DNA from: Candidatus Scalindua sp.
GTDB lineage: Bacteria; Planctomycetota; Brocadiia; Brocadiales; Scalinduaceae
Length of the DNA: 32,000 bases
Assembly: GCA_031316235.1 (NCBI GenBank)
Contig: JALDRA010000001.1
Span: forward strand, 3,810,001 to 3,842,000
Direction: 5' to 3'
Shown: piece by piece, positions 1-8,598 of the stretch
Position numbering within the stretch: the stretch's first letter is position 1
How the letters are laid out: each line of letters begins with the position of its first letter
Program-made: the position numbers and the translations under genes
Notes under the pieces: generated by a model
Seen by the model: the letters and a program-made list of their open reading frames with translations, nothing else
What the model was told of the DNA's origin: nothing
Database searches by the model: none

Positions 1-119
1 AGGAAAATTATGTCAAAAGGATACTACCAGAAAAGATTAAGCTTTCCTCACACTATGTAGATAATCACAATCTTCTTACCGATCTGAGATTAATCTTTAC
101 GACCATTTTCAAAATATAA
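1..119 (+). CDS. 3' end of a bacterial sugar transferase (polyprenyl-phosphate glycosyl-phosphotransferase, WbaP/PglC-like); 5' part lies outside the window
   Basis: Frame 3 reads ENYVKRILPEKIKLSSHYVDNHNLLTDLRLIFTTIFKI* (stop 117-119). The Y-x-x-N-x-x-L-x-x-D-L-x-I-x-x-T tail is typical of the C-terminus of this family. Only 38 aa are visible. Confidence 0.45.
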   Translation, partial: ENYVKRILPEKIKLSSHYVDNHNLLTDLRLIFTTIFKI

Positions 120-339
120 TAACTATCCAGGTTGTAACTGATTTAGACAGTCAGGCTAACTGTCGGCGGTCCTATTGACCACAAAACTCCTGTTGTATAT
201 CGTGAAAGTCACCGTAAATTAGCTGCATAATTCTGTTGATCTTCAGGAGGACACAACAACTCCAGAAAAATTATTTTGTTATTACCTTATTACATAAAAA
301 CATAACCGAGCAACACTGAAAATCAATAAACTTTTCTTA

Positions 340-1830
340 ATGATGGATGGTAAGATGAAGACATGTAAGGGTATAAAATCTATTTCCTTGACAGCTTGTA
401 TTTTTCTTTTGTTCTCAATATTTACAACCTTAGAAGCATTTGCTGCAGAGTATTATATTGACCCGGTAAGTGGAAAGGATTCTGATACAGGGTTAAGTCA
501 GGCACTTGCATGGGCAACTATTTCGTATGCTATGGAACAGTTGTCAGCGGGAGATACCCTTTTCCTGATGGATGGAACTTTTACTGAGAGTCTTAATATA
601 ACAATATCGGGCAAACCGGGTGACCCAATTACGTTCAAAGCTCTTAATGATGGAAAAGTAATAATAGATGGGAAAAATTCCAGGATTCCATTGTTGATTG
701 AAGGGACTGATGCCAACCATAAAACGTATATTGATGTAGAAGGGATCGTATGCAGAAATTCTAACAGTGATATAGTTCAAATAAAACGGAGTGATAATAT
801 CAGCATTAAACGGGTATCTGCATATAATGCTGATCCTGACGGAAACTTCGTTGCTTTTTCTATAGCTTATGATTGTACTAATATCCTTGTTGAAGATTGT
901 GCAGCCTCAGGTACAGGGAGAAAACAGTATAATGCATTTTCAGATAGTAAAGTTACTTTCAGACGATGTTGGGGGAGGTGGATAGACCATCAATGGGGGA
1001 ATTGGAATTCATGTCTGGACATCTATGGGGCTGATGATTGTATAGTTGAGAACTGTATTGTTACTATGGATTCAACAGTAACAAAGAAGGTACATGGTAT
1101 AGAGATAGTCAATCAAAGTAATCCTGACGCAGACAGAAATAAAATTTATGGTAATATAGTCTACGGAATAAACGATTATGGTTATATTGTTGCCAGTGCA
1201 GGAGGGCATCATATAAGAGATAATAAGCATGTCGATAATGTGGCAATTATGGAGGGGAATTCTAAAGGTGGGTTCCTTCTAAAAGCAGATGGTAATTGGA
1301 CAGGAGATAGGTTAACACTTGTCGGCACATCAGATGTTGATTTAGTCAGGGTCGAGGCAAACCCATTTGGAGAAGATCCTGATTTTCAAATCCGAGGGGT
1401 TTTGCGTAATTCCGTTTTGCTTTCAGGTGATGTGGGTATAAAGATTACATCATCACCATTAATCAAATCTTTTACAAATAAATATAATAATCTTTGCAGT
1501 TTAGCAATCCCTTATTCCGGTAGGGCATCGCAGGGTGCAGGTGAAGCGGCTATTAAAGACACAATTCCCAGCTTCGATACAGTAAAATATGGTAAAGGGG
1601 CCTATTTAATCAGACCGGCAAACCTAAAAGGTAAAGGGGAGAACGGAGCAGATATAGGCGCGGAGATATTATATCAATATATCGATGGTATACTACACAG
1701 AGATGATCACCATAGATTATGGCCGTGGCAGATGGAAGATAGAATCTTTGCAGAAACAGGAGTCAGTGTGACCTGGGAAGCGAAGGGAGGTATTTGGAAA
1801 ACATTAAATGGTGTATATCCTGAGAATTAA
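340..1830 (+). CDS. Secreted right-handed parallel beta-helix repeat protein (pectate-lyase fold), paralog 1
   Basis: 496-aa ORF with an N-terminal hydrophobic signal-like segment ending LEAFA/AEYY. The cap motif YYIDPVSGKDSDTG...AGDTLFLMDGTFTE...SGKPGDPITFKALNDGKVIIDG is typical of beta-helix proteins. Alternative start ATG 355 (MKTCKGIKSIS) aligns better with the paralogs. Confidence 0.8.
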   Translation: MMDGKMKTCKGIKSISLTACIFLLFSIFTTLEAFAAEYYIDPVSGKDSDTGLSQALAWATISYAMEQLSAGDTLFLMDGTFTESLNITISGKPGDPITFKALNDGKVIIDGKNSRIPLLIEGTDANHKTYIDVEGIVCRNSNSDIVQIKRSDNISIKRVSAYNADPDGNFVAFSIAYDCTNILVEDCAASGTGRKQYNAFSDSKVTFRRCWGRWIDHQWGNWNSCLDIYGADDCIVENCIVTMDSTVTKKVHGIEIVNQSNPDADRNKIYGNIVYGINDYGYIVASAGGHHIRDNKHVDNVAIMEGNSKGGFLLKADGNWTGDRLTLVGTSDVDLVRVEANPFGEDPDFQIRGVLRNSVLLSGDVGIKITSSPLIKSFTNKYNNLCSLAIPYSGRASQGAGEAAIKDTIPSFDTVKYGKGAYLIRPANLKGKGENGADIGAEILYQYIDGILHRDDHHRLWPWQMEDRIFAETGVSVTWEAKGGIWKTLNGVYPEN

Positions 1831-2063
1831 ATCATTCAAACCGAGATTGTCTCTATTGCATAAATTAATCCACTCCAACATCCTTTTTACTTCACAATGT
1901 GTGTGTCCTTTTTTATATACTTTAGTCTTCCTGCTTATTTTTACCCTGGGATAGATTGCCCGTAATCCCATTTGACACATGTATGCCTGAACTCTCACTC
2001 CGCCTATTTCAAAATCTTATCGCCTTAATCCTTCCCGTATCTTTCGACTTCCATAAAACAGAT

Positions 2064-3911
2064 GTTCACCCCTGAAGCAAAAGGTCTTTTAGGCTATAAC
2101 CAGTTTATTTTACATTGTTTATACGCTGTTTCGTGAGCTTCTTTCTCGTGACTACACGCACCTCTCTATGGGGCAATACAATTGGCAAGGTTATCTTGAG
2201 TGCTTTAAGAAGCTTTTGGGTATTCTCCCTTGGTCTTGGTATTTTTATGCATGCTCCCTGGTCTTTGACTTTCATTTCTACAGAACAAAGTGTGCTCAGT
2301 TGAGCTATCCCCTCAGTGACTGTCATGTCAAATTTCTCCCATGCCCGGCGTAGATGCCGGATAATCATATATGACAACATTACTACCAACACATGGCCCC
2401 GAGTGCTTGATTCTAATCTGACATGGATTGGCCGTACCTCTAAATGTACTGTCTTGCAATCACGGAACGCTCTTTCTACTTCTGTCAAATCTTTGTAGCG
2501 GTCATGAACTCCTTCTTTATCCAATTCTTCTGCCGAAAGATCAGTCTTAATGACATAACACCCATCAAGCAGCGACATTTCTTTGAGCACCTTGTCGTCC
2601 TGTTCTAAAAACAACACCCTTCCTTGTTCCTTTGATTGGACAGATAGCCATTTATCCAGCTTTTAATCTAATTATCTTTTTCTCTACCTCTTTCTGTGCT
2701 GTTGTTACTCGTGCCTTCGGGTGTTTGCTGAGATACTCATCCTTGTTTTGAAGGAAGTTTTCGATACAGTGGAGTTTTGACAATCGAGTCTGTGTCATTT
2801 CATCTGCACGTACTGGATTACGCCTTAAGACATACCGGATACCGTCTTCCTCAACCTCGCATACCTCCTTATCGAACAGCTCCATCTGGATTACCCCTGT
2901 CTTGATGAGTGACCTGATCTGGGGTTTTGTTATTGCTGTTATGTAGTGAAAGTGCTCGGGAAGATTGTCTACTTGTGCCTTTTTAATCATTCCCCGATCA
3001 CCGACAAAGGTCATACTCTTGCAGCCAAAAAGCTCTCCTGCTTTTTCTACCTGTGAGAAAGGTTTTCGGGTCTTGAGTGTTACCATGGAATACCTCTGTG
3101 GAAACAGCGTCTCCATACTCGTCACACAATAACCCGATAACTATTTGCTTTTTCCCCTTCTTCCCATCTCTGCCATAGCCATAATCACCAAAGAAATTCT
3201 TCTCACCTTCCAGATAACTGCTCGTCACATCGTAGAGGAATAATTGTGGAAGAGCTTTTCCCCGTCTTGAAACAAACAGGGCTTTCTCTATTTCATCTTG
3301 ATTTATCGACAACCATTCAAGGTTTTCGTAGAGATTATTTTCATCAAATCCACGCAAGAGTGTCAGAACATCACATGCCGCATGGCTTTGCGCAAGCCGC
3401 ACTGCTGAGAGACGTGAACCTTGATCTATAACCCGCGCAATAACCTGCCAAAGCGCTAACTTCCCGGCAAAACTTGTCCCTAATGCCTTTTCTATTCCCA
3501 ACTTTTTTGCCGTCTGGTATACCGCCCAAACCGCTCCCACCGACAATCCTTCCTGCAATGCAACGGAATCTTTGAGGGAACCGAGTTCGGATAAATCGTC
3601 TTTGTGTTTCAGTGCAAGTTTTATTGCGGCAATTTCTCCCGGTGTACAGTGGGAAATATTAGCAATGGTGCGTTTTTTGACTTTGCCATTTTCACGATAA
3701 GACTCTCTCAAAAGAGTGGAGCGGTAAATTTTCTTCTTTGATGATGATTTGTTTTCTACTACATGCATGACTACTGTATTATAATAAACTCTCCCGTAAT
3801 TGCAAATAAAAAATACAATTTATAAAAATATATTAGTGACTACACAATAAGGGGGGGAATTTGCCTGACTACTATACTATAAGAGTGTTAATGCGTTTTA
3901 TAGGGGTGAAC
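2064..3911 (-). mobile_element. Decayed IS1634-family (IS4-like) insertion sequence; boundaries tentative
   Basis: Contains the three transposase fragments. The only candidate terminal inverted repeat I found is GTTCACCCCT (2064-2073) versus AGGGGTGAAC (3902-3911). That gives a ~1.85 kb element, which fits the family size. A 10-bp match is weak evidence for the ends. Confidence 0.5.
2105..3768 (-). pseudogene. IS1634-family DDE transposase, disrupted into three ORFs (2998-3768, 2652-3125, 2105-2617)
   Basis: The N-terminal fragment MHVVENKSSSKKKIYRSTLLRESYRENGKVKKRTIANISHC is typical of IS1634 transposases. A frame switch near 3050-3070 moves ...NTQDPKTF into the frame reading SQVEKAGELFGCKSMTFVGDRGM (DDE Asp context). 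A second break lies between 2617 and 2652. Confidence 0.8.
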
Positions 3912-4027
3912 TTCCGATACAAGCGTGATGATAAAAAAAAACTGAAGAAAAACTCATATCTGCGGATAATACAATAAAATAGCTATTTTATTGTAATGTT
4001 GCATAGTTAAATAACTGTTTTAATCGT

Positions 4028-4112
4028 ATAAAAGGCAAACCATTCGAAAGAATGCGACGCAAAGCTACTACCTAAGTCCTAATTCCAGGATACGGCCGCA
4101 GGGCTGCACAGT
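4028..4112 (+). promoter_or_regulatory. c-di-GMP-I (GEMM-I) riboswitch aptamer in the 5' leader of the beta-helix paralog 2 gene
   Basis: 4034-4066 reads GGCAAACCAUUCGAAAGAAUGCGACGCAAAGCU. This matches 30 of 33 positions of the V. cholerae Vc2 aptamer as I recall it (GGCAAACCAUUCGAAAGAGUGGGACGCAAAGCC). It includes the AUUC-GAAA-GAAU GNRA hairpin and the ACGCAAAGC core. The 3' element GCAGGGCUGC (4098-4107) fits the GCnGGGyUnC consensus. It lies 50 nt upstream of the ATG at 4162. Confidence 0.8.
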
Positions 4113-4161
4113 ATCTTCAATATGTGGCCTTTACGGTTAAAATTTATAAGGAGATGCTGTT

Positions 4162-5667
4162 ATGATACGACATTATCATGTTAAAGTATTCAAATCTATT
4201 TTTTTAATAGTTTGTTTTTTTGTTATGTTTTCGGTGGTTGTGACCTTAGAAGCATTAGCTGCAGAGTATTATATTGACCCGGTAAATGGAAAAGATTCTG
4301 ATACAGGGTTAAGTCAGACACTTGCATGGGCAACTTTTTCGTATGCTATGGAACAGTTGACAGCAGGCGATACTCTTTATCTCATGGATGGGACTTTTAC
4401 TGAGAGTCTAAAGGTGACTATTTCTGGAATACCAGGCAACCCAATTACGTTTAAAGCTCTTAATGATGGGCAGGCAACAGTGGATGGAAGAAATTCCAGA
4501 ATTCCTTTCAGCATGAGGGGGGCTTCTACTTCAAACCATTTAAAATATGTTGATGTTGAGGGGATTGTTTTTAGAAATTCTTCTAATAATGTGATAGATA
4601 CAAAATATATAGATCATGTAACTTTCAGGAGAGTATCAGGGTATGATGCTGATGCAAATCTTAATGTTGTGGTGTTTTCATTTTGGGCTTCAGACAATAT
4701 ACTTGTTGAAGATTGTGCAGCTGGCGGCACAGGGAGAAAAATGTTTTCTTTTTTCAACTGTACATTTGTAACATCAAGACGCTGTTTTGGTTTGTGGAAA
4801 TCAACTAATCTAACAGAGACGGAGGGTATAAATCCCTATGGTGCATCTGATTGTCTTCAAGAAAACTGCATCCATATGGATGATCCTGCAGGAGATAAAA
4901 ATGTAAAAAATGGAATACTGATAGTCGACAATGGTGGAGTGGGTGGATCCCGGAACAGAGTATATGGATGTATTTCAAGGGATGCTAATGCTAATTATAT
5001 GATAAGCTCTCAAAAATCTATATTAATGACAGGCAATGAGTTTAAAAACAATGTTTCACTCAATGCAGACAATTTTGGGATACAACAACGTGCTGGGAAT
5101 AATTGTAAGATGATGAATTTTACTATTGTTAATGCTGCGAAAAATGCTGTAAAGGTTAATGCACAGTTATTTGGGGATTCGGGTATACTTTATGGTGATA
5201 TGCGTAATTCTTCTTTAATTTCATCCGGCGGTACTGGTATCAATGTGGTAAATTCAATAGAAGTGAAAGGTTTTGTTCATAGCTATAACAATCTGTATGG
5301 CATGACGAACAACTATTCAGGGACATCTGCTGGAACAGGAGAAATCTCTGTTAATCCGAATTATGATACTGAGACTTATGGAGATGGTGCTTATCTTATG
5401 GTCCCTATTCCCTTAAAGGGGCGGGGTGAGAACGGTGCAGATATAGGCGCTGAGGTATTATATCAATATATCGATGGCACCTTATATAGAGATGATCAGC
5501 ATCGGTTATGGCCATGGCCAATGGAAGACAGAATCTTTGCAGAAACAGGTATCAGTGTTACCTGGAAAGCAAAAGGCGGGCTTTGGAAAACATTAACAGG
5601 AGTCTATGGTAATCCTACACACATTGCGGCCCCAAAAGGGTTTAAAATGCTTAATACCAACTCATGA
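4162..5667 (+). CDS. Secreted right-handed parallel beta-helix repeat protein, paralog 2 (divergent central region)
   Basis: 501-aa ORF with RBS AAGGAGA 7 nt upstream and a signal-like N-terminus ending LEALA/AEYY. The first ~110 aa and last ~90 aa are near-identical to paralogs 1 and 3; the core is diverged. Confidence 0.85.
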   Translation: MIRHYHVKVFKSIFLIVCFFVMFSVVVTLEALAAEYYIDPVNGKDSDTGLSQTLAWATFSYAMEQLTAGDTLYLMDGTFTESLKVTISGIPGNPITFKALNDGQATVDGRNSRIPFSMRGASTSNHLKYVDVEGIVFRNSSNNVIDTKYIDHVTFRRVSGYDADANLNVVVFSFWASDNILVEDCAAGGTGRKMFSFFNCTFVTSRRCFGLWKSTNLTETEGINPYGASDCLQENCIHMDDPAGDKNVKNGILIVDNGGVGGSRNRVYGCISRDANANYMISSQKSILMTGNEFKNNVSLNADNFGIQQRAGNNCKMMNFTIVNAAKNAVKVNAQLFGDSGILYGDMRNSSLISSGGTGINVVNSIEVKGFVHSYNNLYGMTNNYSGTSAGTGEISVNPNYDTETYGDGAYLMVPIPLKGRGENGADIGAEVLYQYIDGTLYRDDQHRLWPWPMEDRIFAETGISVTWKAKGGLWKTLTGVYGNPTHIAAPKGFKMLNTNS

Positions 5668-5881
5668 AGTACCTTTTTCGGCACATTTATTTATAAATCT
5701 AGAAATGGCCCCTTAAGGTATATATATCAAGCATCATAAGGCTGTTTTGATCATTCATGGACAATTTCCTATAACTAAGGTGAAATGCATATTTTGTTTT
5801 GACACTTACATCGCTAAAAAGCCAATAAAATTTATACAAAGCCTGGGATGATTGTACAGAAAATCTTAATACTACCATTAT

Positions 5882-6721
5882 CTATTCATTCCAAGAGCTT
5901 AAGTCCTTATTCAGCAGATTAGCTAATTCCCTGTTATCGTCACAAAATATCTTCTGCAGTTTCTTTCTTGTTTGATTATTCAATTCGCAGACATTTGGTA
6001 GATCTTTATAATTAAGATGCTGTATGGCTTTTTTTATTCCCACAGATTTTGCAAAATCTATTAAATAACCCACGCCAATTGTCCTCAAAATCTGTGACCC
6101 ATGAATAAGTCTTTCCAGTTTCCTGCTTTTAGGGAGAACTGCTTTATTAATGCGTCTGTTAACGTTATCCGGAATGAAACATGGGTCGATTTCTAAAAAC
6201 CGATAGACTGATTGAATAGAAGGAAGGGGATCCCTCAGCATCTCTTCAAAAATAAGCACCAGAAGTCTGCTTGAAAGCGGGAAGTACCCAGACCATGCCT
6301 TCAAATGTTCGTAATATAAGCCTTGTTCGATGTACATTGGATTGTTTTCCAGGGCATTTTCGAATTGAAGGTTTTTACCGCTAACATAACCTAATGATAT
6401 ATGCCAAAGATGCTGCGAATAGGCCCTTTCAATAGGATTTCTCAGGCATACAATAATCTTCATGTCCGGGTTATACCTATACACTCTTTTTGGAGCATTA
6501 TAATCATATAAATACGATGTAGAAAATTCACCAACTACCTTGCTACCGGAACAGCTTTCAAAACTTCTTTCATAGCTCTCGTATCCTTTATGGTAGTAAT
6601 GATCAAAGAAATGCTCCTCCTTGCGTTTACTATTGCAAACTTCAGGATGGTCTCTTAAGCAACTCGATAGCCAGGTAGTTCCACACCTTTGCCCACCAAT
6701 ACCAATAAAGTTCGGTTTCAT
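5882..6721 (-). CDS. Sulfotransferase family protein (PAPS-dependent)
   Basis: 5'-PSB-like motif IGGQRCGTTWLSSCL near the N-terminus and 3'-PB-like motif LRNPIERAYSQH. AGGAGAG RBS upstream of the ATG. Confidence 0.8.
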   Translation of the reverse strand: MKPNFIGIGGQRCGTTWLSSCLRDHPEVCNSKRKEEHFFDHYYHKGYESYERSFESCSGSKVVGEFSTSYLYDYNAPKRVYRYNPDMKIIVCLRNPIERAYSQHLWHISLGYVSGKNLQFENALENNPMYIEQGLYYEHLKAWSGYFPLSSRLLVLIFEEMLRDPLPSIQSVYRFLEIDPCFIPDNVNRRINKAVLPKSRKLERLIHGSQILRTIGVGYLIDFAKSVGIKKAIQHLNYKDLPNVCELNNQTRKKLQKIFCDDNRELANLLNKDLSSWNE

Positions 6722-6786
6722 TAATCACTCTCCTGCAAATTTTTTTTGATAAGACGCATAGCTTTTCTCGGCAGACTTCATAATGG

Positions 6787-7605
6787 TTAAAATTTTTTGA
6801 TAAGAAACCCATAAAAAGTCGATATACTTTGTCTCATGACATCAAGAAATGGTAAAAGGAAGCCTCGGAAATTCATATTTATATTATAGAAAATTTTCAT
6901 TCTAATTATGAATAAAAGATAGATCTTATAAAACTCTAAAGAAGGATTTGTATCGAAACTGCTGTTAGCATACTGTCTCTTAACCGCCAGAGGTTCCTTG
7001 AGGTTTGCACCCTTGTATTTTGAAAGCAGCCTTGCCCATAATTCATAATCCACAGAGCATTTTTGTTTTTCATTATACATTCCAACCACCTCTAAACTGT
7101 TTTTCCGTAGCATAACAGCGCTGTGAAAGAAAGGATTTCCCGTACTCATCTCTTTTCTGATATCGCCATCTGTAGTTGCATAAAGCTCTATCCGGCGTTT
7201 ACCTGTTCTTTCATCAATGATAAACCGTGAGCTTCCAACAATTACGATATCGGGATTTTCATCGAGGAATTTAACTTGTTTTTCCAGTCTTTCCGGTAGT
7301 GCAATATCGTCAGCATCAATATTTGCAATGTATTTACCCCTCGATAGTGTAATAGCAGTATTTAATGCTTTTGCACGACCGAGGTGTTCACGAAATTCCA
7401 GTATGACGTTAGGCTGCAGATAAGTTTTTAGAATGTCTCTAGTATGGTCAGTTGATCCATCATCCAGAATTACAAATTCAAAATCTTGAAAGGTTTGTTT
7501 TACAATACTCTCAATAGCAGTTTTTAGATATTTTTCTGCATTGTATGTTGTCATAATTACACTAACTAAAGGCTCAGGTTGTACCTTTTCTTCAGTGTTA
7601 TTCAT
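6787..7605 (-). CDS. Family 2 glycosyltransferase (GT-A fold)
   Basis: VSVIMTTYNAEKYLKTAIESIVKQTFQDFEFVILDDGSTDHT plus a DADD (DxD) motif, the classic GT2 N-terminal signature. Confidence 0.85.
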   Translation of the reverse strand: MNNTEEKVQPEPLVSVIMTTYNAEKYLKTAIESIVKQTFQDFEFVILDDGSTDHTRDILKTYLQPNVILEFREHLGRAKALNTAITLSRGKYIANIDADDIALPERLEKQVKFLDENPDIVIVGSSRFIIDERTGKRRIELYATTDGDIRKEMSTGNPFFHSAVMLRKNSLEVVGMYNEKQKCSVDYELWARLLSKYKGANLKEPLAVKRQYANSSFDTNPSLEFYKIYLLFIIRMKIFYNINMNFRGFLLPFLDVMRQSISTFYGFLIKKF

Positions 7606-7771
7606 GTTTTCCGTTCTTTAACATCGGGTTTTGATAAGATGATAGGTAATAGGTAATTGCTTTTCAGGAAAACGCGAGAATAGAACAATTACTTGTAAAA
7701 TTCAAGAATATTTTGAAAAGATAGGAGGAAATCGCTTTCTGCAACAGTGTAAGGAATATTAATAATTATCA

Positions 7772-7884
7772 ATATACTCATCTTATACTGGATTTCGGAT
7801 AAAATCCGAGATAAAATTGAGCGAGTATACCTTCACCAGGATTTGGTTTCCGGTAAAACCGAAAACCAAATCGGTTTTAGTATA
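7772..7884 (+). repeat. Copy A of a ~115-165 bp intergenic repeat family (terminus ATATACTCATCTTATA, internal hairpins, ends ...TCGGTTTTAGTATA)
   Basis: The first 39 nt (ATATACTCATCTTATACTGGATTTCGGATAAAATCCGAG) match the reverse complement of 11067-11105 with 2 mismatches. The 3' part CACCAGGATTTGGTTTCCGGTAAAACCGAAAACCAAATCGGTTTTAGTATA matches 17577-17622. Hairpins: TCGGAT-AAA-ATCCGA and AAAACCGA-N8-TCGGTTTT. Confidence 0.75.
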
Positions 7885-8445
7885 TTCAAAAATTCTCTGA
7901 GAATGTACTCGATAAAAATCAGCATAATGGTTAAAAAATTGCTGAAAGAGGAGTGGAAAAGTGTAGATGATGTTGTTAAACACACCAGTTAATGTGTAAA
8001 AAATAGACAGTAACACCAGGCAACTCCTGAGATTTGAAAAATAAAAATAGTTGATTCTACTCAAAATCAAATTTCTGCTGAAAATAGACCGCACATCAAA
8101 TCCAAATAACTCGCTGCAAACGGTAATGATGAAACCTTAATTTTCTCTCCTTCCGTTTCTGTTTGTGAAAAATATGGTCATTATGATTAATTCAAGGTTA
8201 AAGATTAAAGAGTATGTGCTTTGAGTGCCTGAAATATCCTCCATATGAAAACAGTGAATTTTCAGTAAATTAGCTTATCTTCGGAGTTTTTCATCTTCAT
8301 TCTGTGTGATATTCCCTTCAATATTTCTCCATCGTAAAACTCTCAAATATTGTAACTTCCTGATAACAGGAAAGATAACCCGTGCGATTAGTGGTGGTAT
8401 GCAATTTGCGATTTCAGTGCGCAAGGTAAAAACTTTTACCATCTG

Positions 8446-8520
8446 GAAAAGGCAAACTGCCTGAGAGGGTACGAAGCAACCCATTGGTCTCAGTACTGTT
8501 TTTCATGGTATGTTTGCAAT
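8446..8520 (+). promoter_or_regulatory. Structured 5' leader, possible degenerate or variant GEMM-I-like aptamer
   Basis: Shares the 11-mer AAAAGGCAAAC (8447-8457) with the riboswitch at 4030-4040. A GNRA-capped hairpin UGCCU-GAGA-GGGUA (8458-8471) follows, then ACGAAGCAAC where GEMM-I has ACGCAAAGC. I could not fit the 3' half to the consensus. An alternative fold exists: GCAAAC/GUUUGC outer stem with a CUGAGA/UCUCAG inner stem. Confidence 0.35.
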
Positions 8521-8525
8521 ATATT

Positions 8526-8579
8526 GCCGTACATATACCGTCCTTGGTGGGACGGTATATGTACGGCTCAATTTTTTTT
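8526..8579 (+). terminator. Strong intrinsic terminator or attenuator immediately upstream of the RBS of the paralog 3 gene
   Basis: Perfect 18-bp stem GCCGTACATATACCGTCC / GGACGGTATATGTACGGC with loop TTGGTG, followed by TCAATTTTTTTT. The RBS AAGGAGG starts at 8581 and the ATG is at 8599. Confidence 0.75.
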
Positions 8580-8598
8580 AAAGGAGGCACAGTAATCA

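Noticed and set aside
121-339. Searched the leader of paralog 1 for a GEMM-I-like element
   Set aside because: There is no GGCAAAC / ACGCAAAGC core. Only a trivial GUG-AAAGU-CAC hairpin is present.
498-780. Antisense ORFs (72 and 78 aa) inside the first beta-helix gene. Similar shadow ORFs lie at 8712-9062, 9274-9773, 11431-12290, 12577-12846, 16552-17029, 20157-21468, 23516-23719, 25231-26055, 26587-27360, 28700-29276 and 29694-30717.
   Set aside because: Each lies opposite or out of frame within a much longer ORF that has clear family motifs. None has a recognisable motif or RBS.
1804-1998. 64-aa minus-strand ORF downstream of the first beta-helix gene
   Set aside because: It overlaps the end of the beta-helix CDS and has no motif. 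Probably spurious.
7783-8094. 103-aa ORF on the minus strand in the GT2 / paralog 3 intergenic region
   Set aside because: Its 3' third is encoded by repeat copy A. The sequence is Phe/Ile/Asn-rich low complexity, with no RBS or motif. It may be a remnant but is not supportable as a gene.
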